A stretch of DNA of 64,000 nucleotides from an uncultured Acidobacteriota bacterium (GTDB lineage Bacteria; Acidobacteriota; Thermoanaerobaculia; Multivoradales; UBA5704), in NCBI GenBank assembly GCA_963770895.1, contig CAVYRF010000002.1:768001-832000 (forward strand). Direction: 5' to 3'. A program made the translations under genes and the position numbers. Shown in pieces: positions 46,397 to 59,101 of the stretch. Below the pieces are notes generated by a model that made no database searches, was not told the DNA's origin, and saw only the letters and a list, made by a program, of their open reading frames with translations. Positions within the stretch are counted from its first letter, which is position 1. Each line of letters begins with the position of its first letter.

Positions 46397-48829
46397 GTGG
46401 CAAAAAATCTACTGATCGTCGAGAGTCCCGCCAAAACCCGCACCCTGAAGAAGTTCCTCGGCAGGCAGTACGCCGTGGAAGCCTCCGTCGGCCACATCCG
46501 CGACCTGGTGAAGAAGGGCATGGGGATCGGTCCCAGCTACGAGCCCCACTACGAAGTCCTGGCCAATAAGAAGGACGTGGTCAAGAAGCTGCGCGACGCG
46601 GCCAAGAAGGCGGAGACGGTCTATCTGGCCCCCGACCCCGACCGCGAAGGCGAAGCGATCGCCTGGCACATCTTCGAGGTGCTCGGCAAGGACGCCAGCG
46701 CGGTACGCCGCGTCACGTTCAACGAAATCACCCAGCGCGCGGTGCTGGCGGCGCTGGAATCGCCTGGCGAAATCGACTTCAAAAAGGTGGATGCGCAGCA
46801 GGCGCGGCGCGTGCTCGACCGGCTGATGGGGTTCCGGCTGTCGCCGCTGCTGTGGGAAAAGGTCAAGCAGGGGCTTTCGGCCGGACGCGTGCAATCGGTG
46901 GCGCTCAAGATGGTCTGCGATCGCCAGGCCGAGATCGAAGCGTTTCAGCCCGTCGAGTACTGGAACCTGAGCGCCGACCTGGCCGCCTCCCAGCCGCCGC
47001 CCTTCATCGCCCGCCTGCACCGCATCGCCGGCAAGAAAGCCGAAGTCGGCAACGGCACCCTGGCCGCCACGATCGTGCGCGACCTGGAAGGCGGCAGCTT
47101 TGTGGTGCGCACGATCGAACGCAAGGAAGCCCAGCAGAAACCGGGCGCGCCGTTCATCACCAGCCGCCTGCAGCAGGAAGCAGCCCGCCGCTTCGGCTTC
47201 TCGGTAAAGCGCACGATGGCGCTGGCCCAGGGGCTCTATGAAGGACGCGAAGTGGGCGACCGTGGCGCAGTGGGCCTGATCACCTACATGCGCACCGATT
47301 CGACGCGGGTCAGCGACGAAGCGTTGGAGGCGGCGCGCGACTTCGTCGCCACCGCCTACGGCGCGGCGGCGCTGCCCGAAAGCGCCAACCGGTACGCCTC
47401 CAAAAAGGGCGCGCAAGACGCGCACGAAGCGATCCGCCCGACCACCTTCGAACTGCCGCCGGACACGGTCAAGGACTGGCTGAAGCCCGACGAGCTCAAG
47501 CTGTACAAGCTGATCTGGGACCGCTTCATCGCCTCGCAGATGCTGCCGGCGCTCTACGACGTGACGCAGGTGGACATCGAAAACGGCCGCTACACGCTGC
47601 GTGCCAGCGGCCGAGTGCTCAAGCGCGAAGGCTTTCTGGCCCTGTACCGGGAAACCCCGGACGAAGACGCCGGCGCCGGGGCGGATGCGCCTGGCGCAAA
47701 CGGCAATGGCGCCCATGGCGCGGACGGCGCAGGCGGCGCAGGCAAAGCTGACGGCGACGCCGGCACCGCGGAAGGTGCGGACGCCGCGAGCGGCGCCAAC
47801 GCCCTGCTGCCGCAGCTCGCCCAGGGCGAAGTGCTCAAGCTGCGCCGCCTCAACAGCGAGCAGAAGTTCACCCAGCCGCCGGCCCAGTACAGTGAAGCCA
47901 CCCTGGTCAAGGCGCTGGAAGAGAACGGCATCGGCCGGCCCTCGACCTACGCCACCATCCTTTCCACCCTGACCGAGCGCGATTACGTGGACAAGGTGGA
48001 GGCGCGCTTCATCCCCAGCGCCCTGGGGCGGCTGGTCAACGACATGCTGCAGAAGGGCTTTCACGACATCCTGAACGAAGGGTACACGGCGGCGCTCGAA
48101 GAGCAGCTCGACGAGATCGAAGACGGGAACCTCGATTGGCGGCAGGCGGTCACCAACTTCGACCAGAAGTTCACCCACGACCTTGAGCTGGCCGGCGAAC
48201 AGATGCCCAACGTCAAGCGCGACGGCGTGCCGCTCGACGAAACCTGCCCCGACTGCGGTTCCGGCTTGCTGATGCGCTTCGGCCGTTACGGCACCTTCGT
48301 CGGTTGCAGCAACTACCCGCAGTGCAAATACACCCGCGACCTGGCACCGGCCGCGGCTCCCGGCAAGAGCGCCGCCGCCGCCGGGCAAGCAGGTGCCGCT
48401 GGCGCGACGGGCGAAGCGGCGGCGCCGGCGGCAGCCGAAGAGATCCCCCCCTGCGAAGAATGCGGCAAGCCGATGGCCCTGCGCCGCAGCCGCTTTGGCA
48501 CCTTCTACGGCTGCACCGGCTATCCCGACTGCAAAGGCATCCGCAAGATCGGTCCGCAGGCAGAGGCGCCCAAGCCGACGGGCGTCGCCTGTCCCGACTG
48601 CGGCAAGGGCGAAATCGAAGAAAAGCGCTCGCGCCGCGGCAAGATCTTCTACTCCTGCAACCGCTATCCCGACTGCAAGTTCGCGCTATGGAACCGCCCG
48701 GTGGCCAAGCCCTGCCCCGACTGCGGCGCCCCCTTCCTGCTGGAAAAGACCACCAAGCGGGACGGCACCCGTCTCATCTGCAACACCGAAGGCTGCGGCC
48801 ACATCGAACACGTCGAACCCGCCGCCTAG
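46397..48829 (+). CDS. topA: DNA topoisomerase I
   Basis: IVESPAK, DPDREGE, SAGRVQS, ITYMRTDS, AHEAIRPT, GIGRPSTY, C-terminal zinc ribbons. Confidence 0.98.
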   Translation: MAKNLLIVESPAKTRTLKKFLGRQYAVEASVGHIRDLVKKGMGIGPSYEPHYEVLANKKDVVKKLRDAAKKAETVYLAPDPDREGEAIAWHIFEVLGKDASAVRRVTFNEITQRAVLAALESPGEIDFKKVDAQQARRVLDRLMGFRLSPLLWEKVKQGLSAGRVQSVALKMVCDRQAEIEAFQPVEYWNLSADLAASQPPPFIARLHRIAGKKAEVGNGTLAATIVRDLEGGSFVVRTIERKEAQQKPGAPFITSRLQQEAARRFGFSVKRTMALAQGLYEGREVGDRGAVGLITYMRTDSTRVSDEALEAARDFVATAYGAAALPESANRYASKKGAQDAHEAIRPTTFELPPDTVKDWLKPDELKLYKLIWDRFIASQMLPALYDVTQVDIENGRYTLRASGRVLKREGFLALYRETPDEDAGAGADAPGANGNGAHGADGAGGAGKADGDAGTAEGADAASGANALLPQLAQGEVLKLRRLNSEQKFTQPPAQYSEATLVKALEENGIGRPSTYATILSTLTERDYVDKVEARFIPSALGRLVNDMLQKGFHDILNEGYTAALEEQLDEIEDGNLDWRQAVTNFDQKFTHDLELAGEQMPNVKRDGVPLDETCPDCGSGLLMRFGRYGTFVGCSNYPQCKYTRDLAPAAAPGKSAAAAGQAGAAGATGEAAAPAAAEEIPPCEECGKPMALRRSRFGTFYGCTGYPDCKGIRKIGPQAEAPKPTGVACPDCGKGEIEEKRSRRGKIFYSCNRYPDCKFALWNRPVAKPCPDCGAPFLLEKTTKRDGTRLICNTEGCGHIEHVEPAA

Positions 48830-48896
48830 CCTAGTGTCCCGCCCGGTCGAGCCGGCGCCGCGGTGATGCCGGCGCGGACTCGACCGGGCCTGACGG

Positions 48897-49388
48897 TCAG
48901 GCCTTGGCGGGAGGCCAGTCGCCGAGCAGGCGGCGCAGGGTCACGACCTGTCCGATGTGGTAGGCGTTGTGGTCGGCGGCCAACATGGCTTCCCGCAGCA
49001 AGGTCTGGCCCTTGCCGTGGGCGAAGGGCGTCCACAGGTCCGCATCCGGGTCGGACACCAGCTGTTCCATCGCCTGCAGGTCGGCGCGGAACGCGGCCAC
49101 CGCGGCGTCCCAGGCGTGGTCGTCGGGCGGCTCGACCGTCGCCGGCCAGTAGCCCTGCGGCCACGGCGGCGAAACGTGGGCAGGATCGCGGCTGAACTCC
49201 AGGATGTCCGACTGGGCCAGACGCAGGTGCTCCAGCAGCTGCCACAGGGAATGGTCGACCCCTTCCGGCCGGGCGCCGCGCAAGCCGGCCGGCACGTTCC
49301 GCAGCGCCCCCTCGAAGTCAACGTGGGCGTGGTCGCCGCGCAGCAGCTCGGCAAGGTGGTCGCGGAGGGCTTTGTCGTTTTCGCTCAT
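48897..49388 (-). CDS. DinB-family protein
   Basis: HS.WQLLEH.R..Q.DIL, DHNAYH.GQ. Confidence 0.85.
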   Translation of the reverse strand: MSENDKALRDHLAELLRGDHAHVDFEGALRNVPAGLRGARPEGVDHSLWQLLEHLRLAQSDILEFSRDPAHVSPPWPQGYWPATVEPPDDHAWDAAVAAFRADLQAMEQLVSDPDADLWTPFAHGKGQTLLREAMLAADHNAYHIGQVVTLRRLLGDWPPAKA

Positions 49389-49467
49389 GCCCGGCATCCT
49401 ACCCCGAGACCCTGGTGTCCCGCCCGGCTGCAAGTTCTGCCCCACATGCAACTAGAATCGTGGCGCG

Positions 49468-50910
49468 ATGCACGCCCCTGACGCCAGCGAACCTGCCGGA
49501 CCTGCGACCCCGCCGGCGACGACGGCACCCGTGTGGGTGGTGGGCGGCGGCCTGGCGGGCGCCGAGTGCGCCTACCAGCTGGCGACGCGCGGCGTACCGG
49601 TGGTGCTGTACGAAATGCGCCCCAGCCAGCCGACGCCGGCGCACAAGACGGGCGACTTGGCGGAGCTGGTGTGCAGCAACTCGCTGCGCAGCGACGACCC
49701 GTTCCACGCGGCGGGGCTGCTCAAACGCGAGATGGAGGCCTGCGGTTCGCTGATCATCGCCGCGGCGCGCACCGCGGCGGTGCCGGCGGGCAGCGCCCTG
49801 GCGGTCGACCGGGAGCGCTTCGCGGCGCAGGTCACGGCAACGCTGGCCAGCCACCCTGGCATCGAGCTGCGGCGCCAGGAGCTGACTGCGATCCCGCGCG
49901 ACCGGGACGTGGTCATCGCCACCGGACCGTTGAGCTCGCCGGCGATGGCGGCCGCCCTGCAGGAGCTGCTGGGCAGCGAATACCTTTACTTCTATGACGC
50001 GATCGCGCCGATCGTCGAAGCGGACAGCCTGGACGAAAGCCTTCTGTTCTGGCAGTCGCGCTACGGCAAGGGCGGCGACGACTACCTCAACGCGCCGCTC
50101 GACCGCGCCCAGTACGAGGCGTTCCATGCGGCGCTCCTGGCCGCCGAGGTGGTGACGCCGCACGAGTTCGAAAAGGCGGTGTTCTTTGAGGGCTGCCTGC
50201 CGATCGAGGAGCTGGCGCGGCGCGGCACCGATACCCTGCGCTACGGGCCAATGAAGCCCGTCGGCCTGCGCGGCCCCGACGGGCGGCGCCCCTGGGCGGT
50301 GGTGCAGCTGCGGCAGGAAACGCTGGCGCGGCGCCAGTTCAACCTGGTCGGCTTCCAATCGCGCATGAAGTGGGGCGAGCAGCAGCGCGTGCTGCGCCTG
50401 ATTCCCGGCCTGGCGCAGGCCGAGTTCGTGCGCTTCGGCCAGATCCATCGCAATACGTTCGTCAACTCTCCGCGCCATCTGGACCCGCAGTACAGGGTGC
50501 GATCGGCGCCGTCGGTACGGCTTGCCGGCCAGCTCACCGGCGTCGAAGGCTACCTGGAATCGGCGGCGACCGGCCTGGCGATCGGCCTCTACCTGAGCGG
50601 CGAACGCCGCGGGCGAACGCCGGCGCCGCTGCCGCCGACAACGGCGCTGGGGGCGCTCGCCCGTCACCTCACCGAGTCGGACCCGCGCCATTTCCAGCCC
50701 GCCAACATCAACTACGGGCTGTTTCCCGAGCTGCCCGCCGCGCAGGGCCGCGCGCGCCGCGGCGATCACGGACCGGGCGGCCGGCGGGCCGCGATGGCGG
50801 CGCGGGCGGCCGGCGACCTGACCGCCTGGGCCGCGGCCGAAGGCTGGACGCTGCGCAGCGAGCCGCTGACACCGCTCGCGCCGGCAACGGCATCTCCGGC
50901 GGTGGCGTAG
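49468..50910 (+). CDS. trmFO: Folate/FAD-dependent tRNA (uracil-54) methyltransferase
   Basis: [36 protein letters not shown]. Confidence 0.96.
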   Translation: MHAPDASEPAGPATPPATTAPVWVVGGGLAGAECAYQLATRGVPVVLYEMRPSQPTPAHKTGDLAELVCSNSLRSDDPFHAAGLLKREMEACGSLIIAAARTAAVPAGSALAVDRERFAAQVTATLASHPGIELRRQELTAIPRDRDVVIATGPLSSPAMAAALQELLGSEYLYFYDAIAPIVEADSLDESLLFWQSRYGKGGDDYLNAPLDRAQYEAFHAALLAAEVVTPHEFEKAVFFEGCLPIEELARRGTDTLRYGPMKPVGLRGPDGRRPWAVVQLRQETLARRQFNLVGFQSRMKWGEQQRVLRLIPGLAQAEFVRFGQIHRNTFVNSPRHLDPQYRVRSAPSVRLAGQLTGVEGYLESAATGLAIGLYLSGERRGRTPAPLPPTTALGALARHLTESDPRHFQPANINYGLFPELPAAQGRARRGDHGPGGRRAAMAARAAGDLTAWAAAEGWTLRSEPLTPLAPATASPAVA

Positions 50911-50911
50911 G

Positions 50912-51880
50912 TTGCGGCGCCTGATCCATCGCTTTTTGGAACACATCGCCGCCGAGCGCAACCTGTCGGCGCACACGGTGCGCGCCTATGAGAGCGATCT
51001 GCTGCGCTTCCTCGATTTTCTGGCGCGCGACTTTCTGGCCCGGCCGGCAGACCAGGTGGAGCCGCGGGACGTGGACGGGCTCGCGGTCCGCTCCCACCTG
51101 GCGGCCCTGCATGCCGCCGGGCAGGGGCGGCGCAGCCAGGCGCGGGCGCTGTCGGCGATCCGCAGCCTGCTGCGTTTCGGCTGCCGCGAAGGGGTGCTGT
51201 CCGCCAACCCGGCCCAGGGCATCCCGACGCCGAAGCTGCCGAAGACCCTGCCGCGCCACCTGCGGCCCGCCGAAATGGAGGCCCTCCTGGAGGCGCCCGC
51301 CGCCGCCGCCGCCGCGCCTGCCGATCCCGCAGGGGACGGCGCGCAGCGGCTGGCGATCCGCGATCGGGCGCTGTTCGAGGTGCTCTACGCCACCGGCTTG
51401 CGCGTCGCCGAGCTGGTGGGGCTGGACTGGGGCGCCATCGACCTGCCGGGGCGGGTGCTGCGGGTGATGGGCAAGGGAGGCAAGGAGCGCATGGTGCCCT
51501 TCGGGCGGCCGGCCCTGGCCGCCCTGCGCTCCTGGCTCGCGGTGTGGGAGACGGTGCGTGCCGCCGGCGGCCCCGTCGCGGCGGCGACGGAGGAGCCGGT
51601 CTTCCTCAACCACCGTGGCGGCCGCCTTACCGACAGATCGGTGCGGCGCATCCTGGACCGCTGGGTCGAGACCACCGCCCTGGCCGGCGGCGTCCATCCT
51701 CATACGCTGCGCCACACCTTCGCCACCCACCTGCTCGAAAACGGCGCCGATCTGCGCACGATCCAGGAGCTGCTGGGGCACTCGTCGCTGTCGACGACGC
51801 AGAAATACACCCATGTCGAGGTGGATCGGCTGCTCAACGTCTACCGGCAGGCTCACCCGCGGGCGCGGCGCGACGGCTGA
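50912..51880 (+). CDS. xerC: Tyrosine recombinase XerC
   Basis: GLRVAEL, GKG.KER, HPH.LRH.FATHLL, LLGH, TTQKY; sits in the trmFO-xerC-hslVU context. Confidence 0.93.
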   Translation: MRRLIHRFLEHIAAERNLSAHTVRAYESDLLRFLDFLARDFLARPADQVEPRDVDGLAVRSHLAALHAAGQGRRSQARALSAIRSLLRFGCREGVLSANPAQGIPTPKLPKTLPRHLRPAEMEALLEAPAAAAAAPADPAGDGAQRLAIRDRALFEVLYATGLRVAELVGLDWGAIDLPGRVLRVMGKGGKERMVPFGRPALAALRSWLAVWETVRAAGGPVAAATEEPVFLNHRGGRLTDRSVRRILDRWVETTALAGGVHPHTLRHTFATHLLENGADLRTIQELLGHSSLSTTQKYTHVEVDRLLNVYRQAHPRARRDG

Positions 51881-51976
51881 AAACGGCTGCCGTGGTGCCG
51901 TCGGCCCGTTCGCCAGGCGCGAAGGCGGCGATCTCGGCCGCTTCCACCGTGTTACCCCTGCTACAATCCTGCGCGC

Positions 51977-52519
51977 ATGGATACCTTCACAGCGACGACC
52001 GTGCTCCTCGTGCGCCGGAACGGGCAGGTCTGCATGGCCAGCGACGGTCAAGTGACGATGAACAACAGCACGGTGGTCAAGGCGGGCGCCCGCAAGGTGC
52101 GCCGCGCCGGCAAGGGCCAGGTGCTGGTCGGCTTCGCCGGCGGCGGCGCCGACGGCCTGGCTCTGCTCACCCGGCTGGATGAGAAGCTCGAAGAGTTCGG
52201 CGGCAACCTGGAGCGGGCGGTGGTCGAGCTGGCCAAGGAATGGCGCACCGATCGCGCCATGCGCCAGCTGCAGGCGATCATGCTGGTGACCGATCGCGAA
52301 CGCAGCTTCCTGGTGTCGGGCAACGGCGAGCTGCTGCAACCGGACGAAGACGACACCACACTTTCCATCGGCTCCGGCTCCAACTACGCGCTGGCGGCGG
52401 CGCGCGCGCTGCTGCGGCATACCGATCTGCCCGCCAGCGAAATCGTGCGTGAAGCGATGAAGATCGCGGCCGAGATCTGTATCTTCACCAACGACCGGCT
52501 GACCATCGAGGAGCTTTAG
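51977..52519 (+). CDS. hslV: HslV protease subunit
   Basis: N-terminal TT, DGQVT, GFAG, IGSG. Confidence 0.97.
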   Translation: MDTFTATTVLLVRRNGQVCMASDGQVTMNNSTVVKAGARKVRRAGKGQVLVGFAGGGADGLALLTRLDEKLEEFGGNLERAVVELAKEWRTDRAMRQLQAIMLVTDRERSFLVSGNGELLQPDEDDTTLSIGSGSNYALAAARALLRHTDLPASEIVREAMKIAAEICIFTNDRLTIEEL

Positions 52520-52525
52520 GCGGCA

Positions 52526-53906
<1,381 letters not shown>

Positions 53907-53917
<11 letters not shown>

Positions 53918-55346
53918 CCCACGCCGGCAGCCGCTCGCGGTACTGGCTGGGCTGGCTGCGCTGGCTGCGCTGGCTCCGATCGCCGCGGGCTGCGGCAAGC
54001 AGGGGCCGCCGGTACCGCCGTTCCGCGCCAAACCGGCGCCGGTCAAGGACCTGGTCGTCCACCAGCGCGGCAACCACCTGATCTTCAGCTTCACCTATCC
54101 CGACACCACCCCCGGCGGCAAGGCCCTGGGCACCATCTCCAAGGCGGACGTGGTGGAATTCGACATTCCGGCGCCGCCGGCACCCAAACCCAAGAAGGGC
54201 GAAACCAAACCAGCGGCAGGGGCCGCCGGCACCACCGGAACCGCCGGCGCCACCGGCACCACTGGAACCACCGGCACCAAGACGGCTCCAGGCGACAAGA
54301 CCGCCGCCGCACCGGGGACGCAAAACGGCGCCGCAGCCGGCGCCGCGGCGGGCACCAGCGGCACCACCGGCGCGGGATCGGGCGCGGCCGGCTCCGGCGA
54401 GAGCGCGGACACCGAGGAGACCACCGGATCGGGCTCCGGCTCTGGGTCGGGCTCCGGCTCTGGGTCGGGCTCCGGCTCCGCGGCGGGCACCACGACCGCC
54501 GGCAAGACCGGCGCGACCAGCGCCAGCGCGCCGCTCGCCTTCGAGCCGACGGCCTTGGATCCCAAGCAGTACGCCAAGGCGGCCAAGCCCAAGCTCACGG
54601 TGAGCGGCAAGGACATCGGCGCGGCGACGATCGGCAATCGCCTGGTGTTCGACATGCCGCTGCCCGAGAAGTTGCCGGCCACCGGCGTCACGCCGGACTT
54701 CGCGGTCCGCACCTATGGCCCCAAGGGCGACGCCTCCGACCCCTCCAACCAGATCCTGCTGGTGCCGCAGGCGACCACCCCGGAACCGCCCGAGCACGTC
54801 ACCGTGACGCCCCAGGCCGACGGCATCCAGGTGGAGTGGCAGCCGGTCAAGGACGCTGGCGGCTATGCGGTCTACCGCCGCAATGCCACGGCGCGCTACG
54901 GCGCCGAGCCGCTGACGATCGTCAAGCCGCCCGACGTCAAATATTTCGACGCCACCGCCGCCTACGGCCAGGATTACATCTATTCGGTCACCGCCGTCGA
55001 CCCCAAGCATCCGCTGGTCGAAAGCGCCATCAAGTCCGAAACCGAGGTCCACTACGTGGACAAGTACCCGCCACCGGTGCCGTCGGACCTGGTTGCCGTC
55101 GCCGAAGCCGACAAGGTGCGGCTGGTCTGGCGGCAGAGCGAAGCGTCCGACCTGGCCGGGTACGTCGTCTACCGCAAGGGGGCAAACGGCGACTTCGCGC
55201 GCATCACGCCGCAGGCGATCTCGGGCACCACCTTCGTGGACGCCACCGCGACGTCAGGGCAGACCTACCATTACCGGGTGACGGCGGTCGACCAGGTGGG
55301 CAACGAGAGCGCGGCCAGCGGCGAGGTCGAAGTCGCCGTCCCATGA
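53907..55346 (+). CDS. Lipoprotein with fibronectin type III domains and a Gly/Thr/Ser linker
   Basis: AAGC lipobox, CGK.GPP; FN3 motifs (W, GY.VYR, Y.Y.VTAVD..GNES); GSGSGS tract. Confidence 0.85.
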
Positions 55347-56146
55347 CCGCCTTCTTCAAGGTCTCGGGCGGCGGCAACGACTTCGTGGCGCTGGCCGAGC
55401 CGGCGGCCGAACCGACGCCGGACCAGGTCCGCGCCTGGTGCCGGCGGGGAGTTTCGCTGGGCGCGGACGGCGTGTTCGTGATCCGCCGTGAGGCGCCTGC
55501 GATCGCCATGTCCTACCGCAACGCCGACGGCCTGCCTGCCGAGCTTTGCCTGAACGGCACGCGCTGCGCCGCACAGCTGGCCTTCCACCTGGGGTGGGCG
55601 CATGACGAAGCGCGCATCGCGACCACCGCCGGCGGCTTCGACGCGCGGCGCATCGACGCCTCGCGCGTCGCCCTGGCCCTCGGCCTGGACATCTCGCAGC
55701 CGCGCCAGCTGGCCGTCGATCTCGACGGCACGCCGCAGCACGGCTGGAGCGTTCGTGTCGGCGTGCCGCATTTTCTGCTGGTCTGGCCGGGCGACCTGGC
55801 CGCGGCGCCGGTGGTGGCCGCCGGGCGCCCGCTGCGCCACCACGCCGCCTTTCAGCCCGCCGGCACCAACGTCAGCTGGGTGCGGTTCAACGGCCGCCAC
55901 GACCTGGCCATTCGCACCTACGAGCGCGGCGTCGAAGATGAAACGCTGGCCTGCGGCACCGGCGTGGTCGCCGCCGCCGTCCTGGGACTGCACCTCGGGC
56001 ACCTGACCCCACCGGTCACCGCCACCACCCACGGCGGTTTCCAGCTGACGGTGGACCGCGCCGCCGGCGGCGGCTACACCCTGGCCGGCGACGCGCGGGT
56101 GGTGGCGTCGGGCCAGCTGCTCGCCGGTGCGCTGGCGGATCGATGA
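55343..56146 (+). CDS. dapF: Diaminopimelate epimerase
   Basis: GNDF, GADG, C.NG.RC, G.PH, ERGVE.ETLACGTG. Confidence 0.95.
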   Translation: MTAFFKVSGGGNDFVALAEPAAEPTPDQVRAWCRRGVSLGADGVFVIRREAPAIAMSYRNADGLPAELCLNGTRCAAQLAFHLGWAHDEARIATTAGGFDARRIDASRVALALGLDISQPRQLAVDLDGTPQHGWSVRVGVPHFLLVWPGDLAAAPVVAAGRPLRHHAAFQPAGTNVSWVRFNGRHDLAIRTYERGVEDETLACGTGVVAAAVLGLHLGHLTPPVTATTHGGFQLTVDRAAGGGYTLAGDARVVASGQLLAGALADR

Positions 56147-57372
56147 GCGCCGATTCCCAGCCAACGTTTGCGCCCGTCGCCGAGCAGCTGGAGCTGCTCA
56201 CGCGCGGCGCCGTCGACCTGGTGGACCTGGACCTGCTTGAGCGCAAGCTCGAGCGCTCGCGGCGCACCGGCCAGCCGCTCACCGTCAAGGTGGGATTCGA
56301 CCCTTCGGCGCCGGACCTGCACCTGGGCCACACGGTGCTGCTGCGCAAGATGCGGCACTTCCAGCGGCTGGGCCATCGCGTGGTGTTCCTGATCGGCGAT
56401 TTCACCGGCCTGATCGGCGATCCCAGCGGCAAGAAGACCACGCGGCCGCAGCTCACCCAGGCCGAGGTGGACGCCAACGCGCTCACCTACCAGCGCCAGG
56501 TCTTCAAGGTGCTCGATCCGGAGCGCACGGTGATCGACCGCAACAGCCGCTGGCTGGGGGCGCTGGGCGCCGAAGGCATGATCCGGCTGGCCGGCCGCTA
56601 CACCCTGGCGCGCATCATGGAGCGCGAGGATTTCCGCACCCGCTTCGAACAGCACAAGCCCATCCACCTGCACGAGCTGCTCTATCCCCTGGCGCAGGGC
56701 TACGACTCCGTGGCCCTCAAGGCCGACGTCGAGCTGGGCGGCCACGACCAGATCTTCAACCTCCTGGTGGGGCGCGACCTGATGAAGGAAGAGGGGCTCG
56801 AACCGCAGGTGGTGCTGACCGTGCCGCTGCTGCTCGGCACCGACGGCGTCGAGAAGATGTCCAAGAGCCTCAACAACGCCATCGCGCTCGACGACGCGCA
56901 GGACATCTTCGGCAAGACCATGTCGATCCCCGACGACCTGATGTGGGACTGGTACCTGCTGCTGACCGACGTGCCGCGCCCCGAGATCGAGCGCCGCCGC
57001 GCCGCCATGACTGCGGGCGAGCAGCACCCCAGGCAGCTGAAGGAGGACCTGGCGAGGCTCCTGGTCGCCGATTTTCACGGCGAGGCCGCCGCGACGCAGG
57101 CGGCGGCGGAGTTCAGCAAGGTCTTTTCGCAAGGCGGCGTCCCCGACGACCTGGCCGAAACGCGGATCGAAGGGGCCAGGAGCCTGCAGAAGCTGCTCAC
57201 CGAAACGAGCCTGGCGGCCAGCAACGGCGAAGCCCGGCGCCTGCTCGAACAGGGCGCCGTCAGCATCGACGGCACGCGCGCCGGCGACCCCTGGCAGGAG
57301 CTGGAACCGCGTGCCGAACCGTACCTGTTCAAGGTCGGCAAGCGGCGCTTCGCCAAGATCCGCATCGCCTGA
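56143..57372 (+). CDS. tyrS: Tyrosine--tRNA ligase
   Basis: GFDP...LHLGH, GG.DQ.FN, KMSKS, C-terminal S4 domain. Confidence 0.98.
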   Translation: MSADSQPTFAPVAEQLELLTRGAVDLVDLDLLERKLERSRRTGQPLTVKVGFDPSAPDLHLGHTVLLRKMRHFQRLGHRVVFLIGDFTGLIGDPSGKKTTRPQLTQAEVDANALTYQRQVFKVLDPERTVIDRNSRWLGALGAEGMIRLAGRYTLARIMEREDFRTRFEQHKPIHLHELLYPLAQGYDSVALKADVELGGHDQIFNLLVGRDLMKEEGLEPQVVLTVPLLLGTDGVEKMSKSLNNAIALDDAQDIFGKTMSIPDDLMWDWYLLLTDVPRPEIERRRAAMTAGEQHPRQLKEDLARLLVADFHGEAAATQAAAEFSKVFSQGGVPDDLAETRIEGARSLQKLLTETSLAASNGEARRLLEQGAVSIDGTRAGDPWQELEPRAEPYLFKVGKRRFAKIRIA

Positions 57373-57401
57373 CGCCCTGCCGCGGCGAGCGCCGCTCCAT
57401 C

Positions 57402-58487
57402 ATGACCCCGACCTCACCCTGCCGCTTCCGCCCAGCCCAGCTCGGCCTCCTGCTTGCCGGGATCGCCGCCTTCGCCGGTCCGCCGGCGGCGGGCGCACCG
57501 GGCGGCCCCCCGGCGGCATTGCCGGTTCCGGCGGCGCGCGCCGATCATCCGCTGCGCGCTTCGGCGCAGGCATTTGGCGCGCCGCTGCTGGTCGAAGTGC
57601 GCGATCTGCCGCGCGAGGGGGCCGCGGCGGCTCTCGACGCGGCGGTCGCCGAAGTCGCCGCCATCGAGCGGATGACCGACCTGAACCGGCCCGGCAGTGA
57701 AGTTGTGGCGGTCAACGCCGCCGCCGGCAAGGGGCCGCGGCAGGTGGACCCCCGGCTCTTCGCGGTGCTGGCGCGCGGGCTCGACTTCTGCCAGTGGTCC
57801 GAAGGCAGGCAGGGGCCGCTGGCGCACGACCTCAACACCCTTTGGGGGCGCGGCATCAACGCGCCGCTCGCGGCCCCGCCGCAGCCCAACCTGATGGGTC
57901 TGGCGATCGAGGCCGCCGCCTGCCGCCACCTGCACCTGGACGTCGCCAGGAAGGCGGTCAGCCTGGATGCCGGCTGCGCCCTCGACCTGGTGGACTTCGC
58001 CGCCGGGGCCGCCGTCGACCGCGCCGTGGAAGTGCTGCGCGCACGCGGCTCGGCCAACGCCTTCGTGCAGATCGGCGGTTTGCAGCGGGGTATCGGCCCC
58101 GGCCGCGACGGCCAGGGCTGGCCGGTCGACCTGCCCGCCCTGGGCGGCCTGCGGGAACCTCTCGGGCGGGTGTACCTGCGCGATCAGGCGCTGGCGGTGG
58201 CGGCGCAGCAGGACCACCCCCTGCGCGTCGGCGGCGACGAGCTGTCGCCGTTCATCAACCAGCGCACCGGCCAACCCACCGACGGCGTCGCCGCCACCCT
58301 GGCCGCCACCACCCTGGCCGCCGACGCGCAAGCCCTGGCCGCCACCATGGCCATCACCGGCACCCGCGACGGCGAGCTGCTGATGGGCTCGATCCGCCCG
58401 CGCCCGTCGATCCTCTGGCTGATGGGCAGCGGCACCGGCATACCGCTGCTGGTGGAGTATCGCTGGACCGAAGTGCCCAAACGCTGA
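57402..58487 (+). CDS. ApbE/Ftp-like FAD:protein FMN transferase homolog, degenerate active site
   Basis: ApbE architecture (SE...VN..AG, LDL...A.G.AVD, GW.V, IN.RTG.P), but several catalytic motifs are substituted. Confidence 0.75.
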   Translation: MTPTSPCRFRPAQLGLLLAGIAAFAGPPAAGAPGGPPAALPVPAARADHPLRASAQAFGAPLLVEVRDLPREGAAAALDAAVAEVAAIERMTDLNRPGSEVVAVNAAAGKGPRQVDPRLFAVLARGLDFCQWSEGRQGPLAHDLNTLWGRGINAPLAAPPQPNLMGLAIEAAACRHLHLDVARKAVSLDAGCALDLVDFAAGAAVDRAVEVLRARGSANAFVQIGGLQRGIGPGRDGQGWPVDLPALGGLREPLGRVYLRDQALAVAAQQDHPLRVGGDELSPFINQRTGQPTDGVAATLAATTLAADAQALAATMAITGTRDGELLMGSIRPRPSILWLMGSGTGIPLLVEYRWTEVPKR

Positions 58488-59101
58488 GCGCGGCGCCCGG
58501 CAGACCGGCCCCACCTTCGGCACGTCCACCGTCAGGCGCTGATTGAGAAAATCCTCGACGATGCCGTTGGCGTCCACGGCGTAGACGTAGATTTCCGCCG
58601 CCAGCACCTTGTCCGGCGAATCGGCAAGCAGGCTGGCGCCGTCCGCCTCGACGAACACCGGCACGTACGCCTTTGGCACCCGCGGTGCGGAACGGCTCGG
58701 CGAGCACCGCCGTGGCGATCGATCCGCCCTGGTTGGCGCCCATCAGCTGGTCGGCGAGCGACAGCATCTTCTCCGCCGGCCGCTGCTGATTGAAGGGGCG
58801 CGGCGCGTAGTAGCCCGAACGCGCCGAGACCTTGGTGCCGCGCGGCGCGTTCCTGAGCTGCACCTTGATCGGGTGATAGGCGCCATCCTGCTTCAAACCC
58901 TGCGGCTGGAAGCTGAGCACGTAGGTGACGCTGGTCTGGTTCGCCATGTGGACCAGCGCCGCACCCAGGTCGTTGGTGTTGCGGAACACCTCGCCGCCGG
59001 TGTCGTGCGACATCTGCATCAGCGCACCCTCGCGCGCTCCCCGCCATCAGAAGCGCCATCACGAGACCCGTCGGCATCTTGAAACGATGCAGGTGCCCCA
59101 T
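58488..59101 (-). pseudogene. Deleted tandem paralog of the adjacent VWA-domain gene
   Basis: Signal peptide MGHLHRFKMPTGLVMALLMAGSARG, then a ~520-bp block similar to ~59715-60230, with a frameshift near 58675. Confidence 0.85.

Noticed and set aside
50912-51880. Tyrosine recombinase as a prophage or island integrase
   Set aside because: It sits in the conserved topA-trmFO-xerC-hslVU housekeeping context and has no arm-binding domain.
54427-54480. 18-bp tandem repeat TCGGGCTCCGGCTCTGGG as a DNA-level element
   Set aside because: It is an in-frame Gly-Ser linker within a lipoprotein, with no spacers.
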